Assembly (NCBI GenBank): GCA_018715045.1
Contig: DVMH01000028.1
Coordinates: 2,130-34,129 of the forward strand
Direction: 5' to 3'
Length of the DNA stretch: 32,000 nt
DNA from: Candidatus Avidehalobacter gallistercoris
GTDB taxonomy: Bacteria; Bacillota; Dehalobacteriia; UBA4068; UBA4997
Below the pieces are notes generated by a model, which was given only the letters and a program-made list of their open reading frames with translations, was not told the origin of the DNA and made no database searches. The position numbers were made by a program, and so were the translations under genes. Shown in pieces: positions 17,621-26,015 of the stretch (positions are counted from its first letter, which is position 1; each line of letters begins with the position of its first letter).

Positions 17621-18561
17621 CGGAACAAATTGTTGCCCCGTCCGGTTTTTTGAACATCTATAAGCCTGCCGGTTACACATCGCATGATGTGGTGGCAGTG
17701 CTGCGCCGTCACCTGCCGCGCGGCACTAAAGTTGGTCATACCGGTACGCTTGATCCGCAGGCCACTGGAGTGCTGCCAATTTGTGTGGGCAAGGCGACAC
17801 GGCTGGCGGAATATTTCACAGCTCTGCCCAAAACGTATCTGGGCGAGCTGATGTTGGGTGCTTCCACTGACACATATGACCGCTGGGGTAATATTGTAGC
17901 CGAATCTGATCCGGATAAACTGACGGCGGTGTCTGAGGATGACTTTTTAGCCGTATTGCCGGAATTTTGCGGGGTGATCGAACAGGTGCCGCCGATGGTC
18001 AGCGCGGTGAAGATGGGCGGCAAAAAGTTGTATCAGCTGGCACGGGCAGGGGTAGAAATTGAACGCCCGCCGCGCAGGGTGCAGATATTCTCGCTGGTGG
18101 TGGAGCAGCTTGCTTTGCCGCGCGCCGTTTTGCGGGTGAACTGTTCCTCCGGCACATATATCCGCAGTTTGTTTCATGATATCGGTGCAAGATTGGGCGT
18201 AGGCGCATACCTTTCAGCGCTGGAACGGCTGGCGGTGGGCGTATTTACGGCAGAAAATGCACTGCCTCTGGCCGAAGCGGAGGCTATGCTGGCGCATGGT
18301 GATTACAGCGTTTTGCTGCCGCTTGATATGGGCATCAGCCATCTGCCGCGCATTGATTTGGCTGACGAGCGCGATTATCATAGCGCCCTTTGCGGGCGTG
18401 ATGTGGTATTGGGCTTGTCCGAGCCGGAAGCCGCTGCCTGTCGCGTCTATTATCAGGGGCGGCTGCTGGGTATCGGTGAGACGTGCTATGAAGCGCAGTC
18501 CTGCGCCTGCAATGAAATGCTGTTGCTGCACATGGACAAGGTTCTGGCCGGAACAAAATAA
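17617..18561 (+). CDS. truB: tRNA pseudouridine(55) synthase TruB
   Basis: GFLNIYKPAGYTSHDVV...KVGHTGTLDPQATGVLPICVGKATRL contains the catalytic Asp motif. The ATG overlaps the preceding stop (ATGA). Confidence 0.95.
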   Translation: MTEQIVAPSGFLNIYKPAGYTSHDVVAVLRRHLPRGTKVGHTGTLDPQATGVLPICVGKATRLAEYFTALPKTYLGELMLGASTDTYDRWGNIVAESDPDKLTAVSEDDFLAVLPEFCGVIEQVPPMVSAVKMGGKKLYQLARAGVEIERPPRRVQIFSLVVEQLALPRAVLRVNCSSGTYIRSLFHDIGARLGVGAYLSALERLAVGVFTAENALPLAEAEAMLAHGDYSVLLPLDMGISHLPRIDLADERDYHSALCGRDVVLGLSEPEAAACRVYYQGRLLGIGETCYEAQSCACNEMLLLHMDKVLAGTK

Positions 18562-18593
18562 CCTTATATAATAATAAATGTGGTTGGATAATC

Positions 18594-19514
18594 ATGAAGA
18601 TTTTGCATGATATAGCTGAATATAGACCATCGGGCTGCTTTCTGACGGTGACGCTGGGCAATTTTGACGGCGTGCATCTTGGCCACCGCCGCTTATTGGA
18701 AAGTGCGGTGAATGCCGCAAAGCGCGCCCATGGCCGGTCTTTGCTTTTTACTTTTTGGCCGCATCCAGCAGAAGTGCTGGGCAATAACGTGCCTCCTTTA
18801 CTGACGGATAGAGCGGAGAAAGCCCGGCTGGCCGAGGCGGCTGGTATCGACTATTTATTGGAGCAGCCGTTTACTCCGGAACTGGCAGCGCTTAGCCCGG
18901 CTGATTTTACGGCGCGGTATTTGGCGGGAACGCTCAAGGCCAACCTGCTGGTGGTGGGATATAATTTCCGTTTTGGCCGGGGCGGTGCGGGTACAGCGGA
19001 AGTCCTGCGCGATCTGGCGTCGTCGCATGGTATTGAAACGCTTATCGTACCGCCGCTGGAAATGGACGGTGCAGCGGTAAGCAGCTCGCGTATCCGTCAA
19101 CTGCTCTTGGCGGGTGAGCTGGCTGAGGCCAACCGTCTGCTGGGAAGAGAATATGTGCTGACGGGGCTGGTGGCGCCGGGGGAAAAGCTGGGGCGTAAGC
19201 TCGGTTTCCCCACTGCCAATTTGCAGCCGTCGCAGGGTATGTTGCTGCCGTGCTTCGGCGTGTATGCTGCTTATGCGGAGTGTCGCGGCAAAAAGTGGCC
19301 GGCGGTGGTGAATGTGGGCCGGCGGCCGACTGTAGGCGACGCTCTGCCAGCCACGGTGGAGGCGCACCTGCTCTCGGCGGAAGGTGATTTCTACGGCGAG
19401 ATGATGCGCCTGATGTTTTACCAGAAAATCCGCCCGGAGCGGAAATTCGCTTCGCTGGATGAGCTAAAGGCGCAGATTGCCGCAGATTGCCGCCGTGCGT
19501 GGGAAATTTTATAA
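18594..19514 (+). CDS. ribF: Bifunctional riboflavin kinase / FMN adenylyltransferase
   Basis: LGNFDGVHLGHRRLL is the FAD synthetase motif. SSSRIR and the C-terminal GFPTANL...VNVGRRPT...EAHLL are riboflavin kinase motifs. Confidence 0.95.
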   Translation: MKILHDIAEYRPSGCFLTVTLGNFDGVHLGHRRLLESAVNAAKRAHGRSLLFTFWPHPAEVLGNNVPPLLTDRAEKARLAEAAGIDYLLEQPFTPELAALSPADFTARYLAGTLKANLLVVGYNFRFGRGGAGTAEVLRDLASSHGIETLIVPPLEMDGAAVSSSRIRQLLLAGELAEANRLLGREYVLTGLVAPGEKLGRKLGFPTANLQPSQGMLLPCFGVYAAYAECRGKKWPAVVNVGRRPTVGDALPATVEAHLLSAEGDFYGEMMRLMFYQKIRPERKFASLDELKAQIAADCRRAWEIL

Positions 19515-19530
19515 AAATTGCAGGCAGCTC

Positions 19531-19559
19531 TTGCAATGTTCCCCAATTTAGTATATAAT
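19531..19559 (+). promoter_or_regulatory. Promoter of rpsO
   Basis: TTGCAA (19531-19536), a 17-nt spacer, TATAAT (19554-19559). This leaves a leader of about 90 nt before the rpsO ATG. Confidence 0.65.
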
Positions 19560-19656
19560 AGCACAAGCGGCTTTGGCCGCAGTCTACCGCAGCGCGGATA
19601 TGGAGGCTCCAACCTTGTCTGGGCTGACGGCAAATTTTAATTCAGGAGGTGTAGTT

Positions 19657-19926
19657 ATGCCGTTAACTACCGCGAAAAAGGCTGAAATTATCGCAAAATT
19701 CCAGCAGCATGAGGGCGATACCGGTTCGCCGGAGGTGCAGGTGGCTTTGCTCACCCAGCGTATCAAAGACTTGACCGAGCATATGAAGAACCACCCCAAG
19801 GATTTCCATTCCCGCCGTGGTTTGTTGCAGTTGGTTGGCCAGCGCCGCCGTTTCCTCGGCTATATCCGGGAGCAAGACTTTGACCGTTACCGCAAGATTG
19901 TGACGGAATTGGGTCTGCGTCGCTAA
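19657..19926 (+). CDS. rpsO: 30S ribosomal protein S15
   Basis: The start was trimmed to ATG 19657, 7 nt after AGGAGGTG. The 89-aa product is [57 protein letters not shown], which is canonical S15. Confidence 0.95.
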   Translation: MPLTTAKKAEIIAKFQQHEGDTGSPEVQVALLTQRIKDLTEHMKNHPKDFHSRRGLLQLVGQRRRFLGYIREQDFDRYRKIVTELGLRR

Positions 19927-19958
19927 GGCTAAGAGACAAAAAGAAAGCTGTTCTGTTT

Positions 19959-19986
19959 GGGCGATCCTCCGTAAGGAAGATCGCCC
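19959..19986 (+). terminator. Hairpin downstream of rpsO (weak terminator or processing site)
   Basis: gggcgatc(c)tcc-gtaa-gga(a)gatcgccc gives 8+3 bp with one mismatch and a GNRA loop. Only a poor T-tract (ctcttt) follows. Confidence 0.5.
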
Positions 19987-20140
19987 GGCGGCTCTTTGAG
20001 CAAGAGTGAACAGGCTCTAATCTGCAAGCTTCAACTCATGGACATAACGAACAGGTTAAAAAAAGGATACGCATTAAAGAAAAGTAAAGACGCGCCTGAC
20101 ATATTGAAAAAGTTAAGATTGCCCCTGATTTTGTGGCGTA

Positions 20141-20181
20141 TGCGTGACCCGGCGGCTATAAACTGGGTGCACGCATTTTTT
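20141..20181 (+). terminator. Intrinsic terminator in the non-coding left part of the island
   Basis: tgcgtgaccc...gggt(g)cacgca forms a 10-bp stem with one bulge and a 14-nt loop, followed by tttttt. Confidence 0.55.
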
Positions 20182-20310
20182 GTTCTGCTGAACGGGGGAA
20201 TCGGGTGAAAATTTCGGACATGTTTCGGCCAAATGGCTGATTCACTAGCTGTGAGTACGAAGTTTCACGCGGTTAAAGACACGCAGCTCGCGCTTATATT
20301 TATAAATAGA

Positions 20311-20357
20311 CCAGGGATACGTTCCATATTGAAACGTACTCCTGGCCTTTCTTTTTT
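20311..20357. terminator. Hairpin terminator, possibly bidirectional
   Basis: ccagggatacgtt...aacgtactcctgg gives about 12 bp with one mismatch. On the plus strand it is followed by cctttctttttt. On the minus strand it lies right after the stop of ORF 20356-20634. Confidence 0.55.
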
Positions 20358-20634
20358 ATTCCTCACCAAACAGCATGTCTCCGGCATCGCCGCTTATGCG
20401 CAGCCCATATAAATCCTCCAGCGTGAACAGCGTGTGCAACGGCTGAATGCCGAACTGCGTGAGAAAGGTTACATTACCGTGTCGAGCCGGGTGAGCAGGC
20501 AATACTTTGAAGAAAAGCTGTGCTGCGGCAGGAAAGGCTGAGAGATATTTAGGCAGTTGGAAAACAACTATAATTAATAAACCGGAAGGGATGATGCAGA
20601 CAAGGTAAAACGGGAGGTGGTTTTTTGAGCACAT
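20356..20634 (-). CDS. Doubtful hypothetical ORF (92 aa), possibly a gene remnant
   Basis: An ATG-initiated ORF divergent from, and overlapping by 10 nt, the recombinase start. No obvious RBS, no recognisable family, and the N-terminal half is AT-rich and hydrophobic. Confidence 0.25.
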   Translation of the reverse strand: MCSKNHLPFYLVCIIPSGLLIIVVFQLPKYLSAFPAAAQLFFKVLPAHPARHGNVTFLTQFGIQPLHTLFTLEDLYGLRISGDAGDMLFGEE

Positions 20635-21230
20635 ACGGATACATAAGGGTCAGCAGCCGGGAGCAGAACGATGACAGGCAGCGCATCGCGCTCCATGAGG
20701 CGGGAGTGCCCGACGGCAACGTCTACATGGACAAGCAGTCGGGCAAGGACTTTAACAGGCCGCAGTACAAAAAGCTGCTGCGCAAAATGAAAAGAGACGA
20801 CCTGCTCTGCATCAAGAGCATAGACCGTCTCGGGAGGAACTATGCAGAGATTTTGGAGCAGTGGCGCGTGCTGACAAAGCAGAAAGGCATAGACATCGTG
20901 GTGCTGGATATGCCGCTGCTGGATACGCGGCGCGGCAAGGATTTGATGGGAACGTTTCTCAGCGACATCGTTTTGCAGGTGTTGAGCTTCGTTGCGGAGA
21001 ACGAGCGGTTGAACATACGACAGCGGCAGGCCGAGGGCATAGCAGCGGCGAAATCGCGTGGGGTGCGTTTCGGGCGGCCACCCGCGCCGCTGCCCGAGAA
21101 CTTCCACGGAGCCTACCAGCGCTGGCGCGCAGGGAAGATAACGGGAACCGCAGCGGCAAAGGAGTGCAGGATGCCGCTCTCCACTTTCCGCTACAGGGCG
21201 GAGATTTACGAAAAAGCCAGGTTGTTATAA
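20625..21230 (+). CDS. Small serine recombinase (resolvase/invertase, Hin-Gin-Pin/TnpR type)
   Basis: 201 aa. TTG start 6 nt after GGGAGGTGG. YGYIRVSSREQNDDRQ contains the catalytic Ser. Further motifs are LLCIKSIDRLGRN and VAENERLNIRQRQAEGIAAAKSRGVRFGRP. The C-terminal HTH is ITGTAAAKECRMPLSTFRYR. Confidence 0.9.
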   Translation: MSTYGYIRVSSREQNDDRQRIALHEAGVPDGNVYMDKQSGKDFNRPQYKKLLRKMKRDDLLCIKSIDRLGRNYAEILEQWRVLTKQKGIDIVVLDMPLLDTRRGKDLMGTFLSDIVLQVLSFVAENERLNIRQRQAEGIAAAKSRGVRFGRPPAPLPENFHGAYQRWRAGKITGTAAAKECRMPLSTFRYRAEIYEKARLL

Positions 21231-21235
21231 AGAAG

Positions 21236-21273
21236 GCGGGATTGCAGAAATGTGTACTTTTCTGCAATCCCGC
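21236..21273 (+). terminator. Strong hairpin after the recombinase gene, with the left inverted repeat embedded in it
   Basis: gcgggattgcagaaa-tgtgtact-tttctgcaatcccgc is a perfect 15-bp stem. The downstream T-tract is weak (tcattactttt). Confidence 0.6.
21243..21268. repeat. Left inverted repeat (IRL), candidate recombinase crossover site
   Basis: The reverse complement of tgcagaaatgtgtacttttctgcaat matches 21357-21382 at 24 of 26 positions (core 22 nt: 21 of 22). The site is itself an imperfect palindrome. Confidence 0.75.
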
Positions 21274-21356
21274 TCATTACTTTTACAGTTAACAGCATAC
21301 ACCATAATTGGCTTATTTTCAAGCATCAAATGGTGTTTATAACATGAAAAATTCCA

Positions 21357-21382
21357 ATGGCAGAAAAGTACACATTTTTGCA
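21357..21382. repeat. Right inverted repeat (IRR), candidate recombinase crossover site
   Basis: atggcagaaaagtacacatttttgca. It is followed directly by AGGAG, 10 nt, then GTG of ORF 21397. Confidence 0.75.
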
Positions 21383-21396
21383 GGAGTGATTAGACG

Positions 21397-21687
21397 GTGA
21401 TTTATCATTCAGGTCTGCTGGACACTCCCGCAATGAAAGCAGGATGTATATGTCTGTCTGATCTGCATTGTCTGGATGCAAGGCAGCGGGGTGGGCTGGT
21501 TCAGGCGCTAAAAGACATATCAGACAATTCCGCAAATTTAAAAGCATGGAATGACGCTTTGCAATACCTCTCCAAGGACGTGCCTCAAGGAACAGCGGAG
21601 GCAACCAGCAAGCGGCTTATTCAGGCGTTATTCCGCTCCATGGCCGCGGGGCCAATGCAGGAAAACTTTGCCCCAAGGCAAAAATAG
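21397..21687 (+). CDS. Hypothetical protein (96 aa from GTG; ATG 21433 is an alternative start)
   Basis: An ORF with AGGAG 10 nt upstream of GTG 21397. It sits immediately upstream of, and on the same strand as, the large surface protein. I recognise no family. Confidence 0.5.
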   Translation: MIYHSGLLDTPAMKAGCICLSDLHCLDARQRGGLVQALKDISDNSANLKAWNDALQYLSKDVPQGTAEATSKRLIQALFRSMAAGPMQENFAPRQK

Positions 21688-21713
21688 CAAGAGAGAAAGG
21701 GCCGATACTTAAC

Positions 21714-24700
21714 ATGAAAAAGCGATTATTGGCATACCTGATGTCACTATGCTTGATACTGACGTTATTGCCTGTCAGCGCGTTTGCAGAAGATACACCT
21801 ATATCCATCCGCTCGGAAGATGAAGCAGCGCCCGAAACAACGATGACTTACACCTATGACGAGGGCACAAACACCCTGACAATTACAGGGAACGGGGTTA
21901 TCGGCGAAGAAATCAAGCAACAGAAAGGTTATACAACCTGGAAGCAAGACGTAACTACTATTAAGATTTCAGGCGACATTACCGGGATCGCGGATCAGGA
22001 AAATTTCTACGGTCTGTTTCAATTATGGGAAAAGTTGGAAACTGTCGAATACACAGGAAACACGAACTTCCAAGTGGGAAATTACGCCTTTTCCGAGTGT
22101 TACAAGCTCAAATCATTTCCATTTGACCATGTTTCCGCTGTCGGCGAAGGCGCTTTCAAAAGAGCTGCCTTTACGGAAGTCAAGCTTTCCAATCTGTCCG
22201 GAGACATTGGAGACTTCGCCTTTTACGGAAACGAGTCGCTGGCATCAGTGACAGTTTCTGCCGGCGCGGCGGATACTTACATCGGAACACAGGCATTTGC
22301 GCTTTTGTCCAAAGGGAACGCGCTGCAAAAGGTTAAAATCTCAGGTGAAGGCACACTTCGTATCGGCAATAGTGGGCTCAATGCAGGAAAGACCTTTTCC
22401 TGGCAACTATCGCTTGAAACGGTCGATTTGTCCGGATTTTCCGGGAGCGTTAGCTTAGGAGATCTGGTGTTTTTATCCGACTCAAGCCTTAAAAATATTT
22501 CTTTGGGTGAAAACACTACGATATCTCATGTCGGATATGCCTGCTTCAGCGGTTGTACGGCTTTGGCACAAGACTTTCTGGATTTTGCCAAGCTCACCGG
22601 TTCTGTTGCACGGGCGGCTTTTTCTATCTCCACAAAACCTGATCAAGGAGCATTGACAGGTCTTAAGGAACTGGACTTGTCCAATGTGACCGAGATCGGC
22701 GCCTTTGCGATGGCCGCGGAAAGAAAGTATGAGGATTATGGATACACAGACCTGACCTCCGTCACGCTGGACAGACTTGAGCGGCTGCACGCCTATGCTT
22801 TCCAGGGGGCGTCCAACATCAACTGGGATAACGCCAATATTCCGGAGGCCGCCAAACTCGCATACAGCGATGTATTGGTCAGCGGCGACACCATCTGGCA
22901 GAGGGTTCTCAACATCATGGACGGGAAATTCACCCTCGACTCGGATGGGTACAGCACCCCGCTCGCCCCGTCAGACAACGGCTGGGAGGACAGTAAATCC
23001 GGAGAGGAAAACGGCGTTGAATACGACACGACCCAGTTGACCAAGGCCGCCAAATGGACAAATACGGATAAGACAAAGGCCGAGGTAGAACTGCGATTTG
23101 CCTATGCGCCCAAGGAACAGATGGATTTTGTGTTCGTACTGGATACCAGCACCTCCATGGCGGATTGGTACGACTTGGAATCTCAGGATGACGATTTAGA
23201 GATCCCGGTTGAGCAGGAAACCAAGGCTCAGTACGCCAAGATGTATGAGATGCAGTCCAAGGTTGCGGATATTACAGAGAAGCTGTTGTCTTCTGAGCAG
23301 CTGGACAGCCGGGTGGCCGTTGTGGCGTTTGGTAACGACATTAATTTTTATAGCCAGGGAAGCGAACAACTGTCCACTATGCTCACCAACGCCGGCGAGA
23401 GTTTTAATTCTCTTCCGAGTTCTGCCGGCTTTTATACAGCCAATGATTTGGATACTGCCATCGGGAACATTCGGAATATCCCCTGCAAGGGCAGCACCTA
23501 CTATTATACGGGGCTTTGGTACGCCTCTTATTACGTATGGGCTGCCGCTGCCGCCGAGCGGGATGTGACCGTCGTATTTCTCTCCGATGGCGAGGCAATG
23601 GATGGAGGCGACTCTGACTTTGAGTACTATCTAAATTATTATTCCAATTATATTAAAAACCCAGATCCCAATGTGGGCTATGGGAAAAACATTTTCGGTG
23701 TCATGTATAAAGAAGTCCCCACCGAAAATGACAAAAAATATATCAAAATGGCCTGCTCTGAGGACAAGGTCTATCTGGCCTCGGATACGGAAGAGTTCAG
23801 CGATGCGATTAACCGTGCGATTTACACAGCGCTGAACAGCTTTACTCTGACAGACCAGATAGGGGAAGATTTTGAAGCAGTGACCCGGGAAAACATTTCG
23901 GTTGATGGCGGAACTGTGCTTCTGGACCAGGACGGCAGGATCATCACCTGGAGCTTCGATGAGCCAGTACCGTATAAGACCTATACCATGACTATTCAAC
24001 TGGATCTGAAGCAGACGGAGGGCGGAGAATATCCCGCTGGAAGCTTTGCAACCAATAAGGGAGACGCTTTGCTGAATGACAGGGATAGCGAGAAGCCCGT
24101 AAACAAGGTGGCAAGCCCAGCACTGTCCAGAACAGATGCCCCGGAAACATATACTGTAATCTACACGGATGGCGTAGAGGGAGAGGAAGTTTTCGCAAAT
24201 CAGAAGTATGAGGGTCTTCTATCTGGCGCAGATACTCCGGCTTTCCAGGGTACTCCTTCCCGCGCAGGATATACGTTCATGGGATGGTCTCCTGCGGTAG
24301 CGGCGACTGTGACAGGAAATGCAATCTACACAGCCACGTGGAAGAAGAACACCAGCGGCGGCGGAACCACTTGGTACATCCTGCACTATGAATCCAACGG
24401 CGGTACAAAATATAAGGATGAGATATACGACAAAAACACCGTGGTACAGCTTGATAAAGTTCCCACCCGAGAGGGCTATCAGTTCACTGGCTGGTATGCT
24501 GACGAGGAGCTGACGGAGAGAATCACCAGCATCAAGATGACCAGTGACAAAACCGTGTATGCCGGCTGGCGCGTCGCCACAGTGCCGGACTGGTTGAATG
24601 GGAACGAGCATTTTGCCTATGTCATCGGATATGATGACGGTGCTGTGCGGCCAAACGCCAATATTAGCCGCGCTGAGGTGGCAACGATCTTCTTCCGTCT

Positions 24701-25259
24701 GCTTAAAGCAGATGTCCGGAACAACAACCTGACTTCCGTCAACAGCTTTGATGACGTTATGGACGGAGTATGGTACAATATGTCCGTTTCCACCATGGCT
24801 TATTTGGGCATTGTAAATGGGCGCACAGCCAACATATTTGACCCTGACGCAGCCATTACCCGCGCCGAGTTTGCAGCTATCTGTGCCAGATTTGATACCG
24901 GCCTGACGGAAGGCAACAGCAAATTTACCGATATTTCCGGTCACTGGGCCGAAGAGGAAATCAAACGTGCCGTGTCTCTGGGCTGGATTAGAGGATATGA
25001 GGATGGTACTTTCCGCCCCGACCAATACATCACACGAGCTGAGGCCATGACCATTATCAACCGGGTGCTGTGCCGTATCCCGGAGGATGAAAGCGATTTG
25101 CTGCCCGATATGAATGTCTGGCCGGATAACGCTCCTGACGCTTGGTATTATCTGGCGGTTCAAGAGGCCACTAACAGTCATGATTACAGGCATAAGGGCG
25201 AAGTTTATGAGACTTGGACAGACATGAACGCCGACCCCGACTGGACACGATACCAATAA
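21714..25259 (+). CDS. Large secreted cell-surface protein: signal peptide, BspA-type leucine-rich repeats, vWA domain, two Listeria-Bacteroides (Flg_new) repeats, three SLH domains
   Basis: Signal peptide MKKRLLAYLMSLCLILTLLPVSAFA/ED. LRR_5-like units: NYAFSECYKLKSF, DFAFYGNESLASVTV, YACFSGCTALA, AYAFQGASNI. vWA MIDAS motif DFVFVLDTSTSMA (D477-x-S-x-S, nt 23142-23156) and VVFLSDGEA. Flg_new-like AGYTFMGWSP...YTATW and REGYQFTGWYADEELTERI...TVYAGW. Three SLH motifs between about 24580 and 25090 (FAYVIGYDDGAVRPNANISRAEVATIF; FDPDAAITRAEFAAICARF; WIRGYEDGTFRPDQYITRAEAMTIINRVL). Confidence 0.9.
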   Translation: MKKRLLAYLMSLCLILTLLPVSAFAEDTPISIRSEDEAAPETTMTYTYDEGTNTLTITGNGVIGEEIKQQKGYTTWKQDVTTIKISGDITGIADQENFYGLFQLWEKLETVEYTGNTNFQVGNYAFSECYKLKSFPFDHVSAVGEGAFKRAAFTEVKLSNLSGDIGDFAFYGNESLASVTVSAGAADTYIGTQAFALLSKGNALQKVKISGEGTLRIGNSGLNAGKTFSWQLSLETVDLSGFSGSVSLGDLVFLSDSSLKNISLGENTTISHVGYACFSGCTALAQDFLDFAKLTGSVARAAFSISTKPDQGALTGLKELDLSNVTEIGAFAMAAERKYEDYGYTDLTSVTLDRLERLHAYAFQGASNINWDNANIPEAAKLAYSDVLVSGDTIWQRVLNIMDGKFTLDSDGYSTPLAPSDNGWEDSKSGEENGVEYDTTQLTKAAKWTNTDKTKAEVELRFAYAPKEQMDFVFVLDTSTSMADWYDLESQDDDLEIPVEQETKAQYAKMYEMQSKVADITEKLLSSEQLDSRVAVVAFGNDINFYSQGSEQLSTMLTNAGESFNSLPSSAGFYTANDLDTAIGNIRNIPCKGSTYYYTGLWYASYYVWAAAAAERDVTVVFLSDGEAMDGGDSDFEYYLNYYSNYIKNPDPNVGYGKNIFGVMYKEVPTENDKKYIKMACSEDKVYLASDTEEFSDAINRAIYTALNSFTLTDQIGEDFEAVTRENISVDGGTVLLDQDGRIITWSFDEPVPYKTYTMTIQLDLKQTEGGEYPAGSFATNKGDALLNDRDSEKPVNKVASPALSRTDAPETYTVIYTDGVEGEEVFANQKYEGLLSGADTPAFQGTPSRAGYTFMGWSPAVAATVTGNAIYTATWKKNTSGGGTTWYILHYESNGGTKYKDEIYDKNTVVQLDKVPTREGYQFTGWYADEELTERITSIKMTSDKTVYAGWRVATVPDWLNGNEHFAYVIGYDDGAVRPNANISRAEVATIFFRLLKADVRNNNLTSVNSFDDVMDGVWYNMSVSTMAYLGIVNGRTANIFDPDAAITRAEFAAICARFDTGLTEGNSKFTDISGHWAEEEIKRAVSLGWIRGYEDGTFRPDQYITRAEAMTIINRVLCRIPEDESDLLPDMNVWPDNAPDAWYYLAVQEATNSHDYRHKGEVYETWTDMNADPDWTRYQ

Positions 25260-25310
25260 TTAAGCAGACATACAGAACGAAGCGGCCAGCGCTGGCCGCT
25301 ATCGCTTTGC

Positions 25311-25941
25311 AGGGTGTGACGGGAGAATCCAGTTACTTCGTACCTTTCAAAAACCTGTTTAATGAGTGGTTTACAAAGACCCCAGCCGTAAGGTCAAGGC
25401 CGCGCTGCACTCAAAGTTTGCAAACGGAGAGCGGGTGTTTGCCTACGTTCCGCTCGGCTACAAACGCGACCTGGAAAAGCAGAACGCGCTCGTCATTGAC
25501 GATGAAACGAAGTGTATTGTTGAGAAGATCTTCGGCATGGCGTATCATGGGCATGGAGCCGCGAGCATAGCCCACACGCTCATAAAGGAGCAGATAGCAA
25601 ACTGGCAGCGGAAGATGAAAGACGGAATAAGGCAGATATTTGCCGGGCTGGTGAAGTGCGCGGACTGCGGCTGGTCTATGGCCTATGCCCTGAAAACACA
25701 GAGCAAAAAACCATACGCTATCTATCGATGCAGCAATTACGGCCAGGGCACCGGGCACTGCTCACTGCACTACATCTGTTACGACGTGCTTTACATCCAC
25801 GTCCTCGACCGCGTGCGTTACTGGGCGAAGCAGACGGAGATTGACGAGTACGCTTTGCTGCAACGCCTGCTCAAAGCAGGCGACAGGGAGTATCTGGCGA
25901 CATCTAAACTGAGAAGGTTGCAGGGCAGCGTTGGCAAGTAA
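25311..25941 (+). pseudogene. Decayed large serine recombinase: N-terminal catalytic domain missing, frameshifted, internally deleted, C-terminally short
   Basis: One frame reads GVTGESSYFVPFKNLFNEWF. After a frameshift near 25367-25372 a second frame reads YKDPSRKVKAALHSKFANGERVFAYVPLGYKRD...VIDDETKCIVEKIF. Together they rebuild the conserved F.PF.N..NEWYAKD.SRK recombinase-domain motif. The zinc ribbon GLVKCADCGWSM...YRCSNY...HCS follows IAHTLIKEQI far too soon. No resolvase Ser domain lies upstream. Confidence 0.8.
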
Positions 25942-26015
25942 ATTGCCTGAACGTAAAAGTCGGAAGACTGCAAAAGACTTTTGGCGATTTTTCCAAGGCT
26001 TGATTGGGCGCTTCA

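Noticed and set aside
19996-20208. 70-aa plus-strand ORF after rpsO.
   Set aside because: It reads through an intrinsic terminator (20141-20181) and has no RBS. The sequence is basic and low-complexity. The region is kept only as a possible small-transcript region in the findings.
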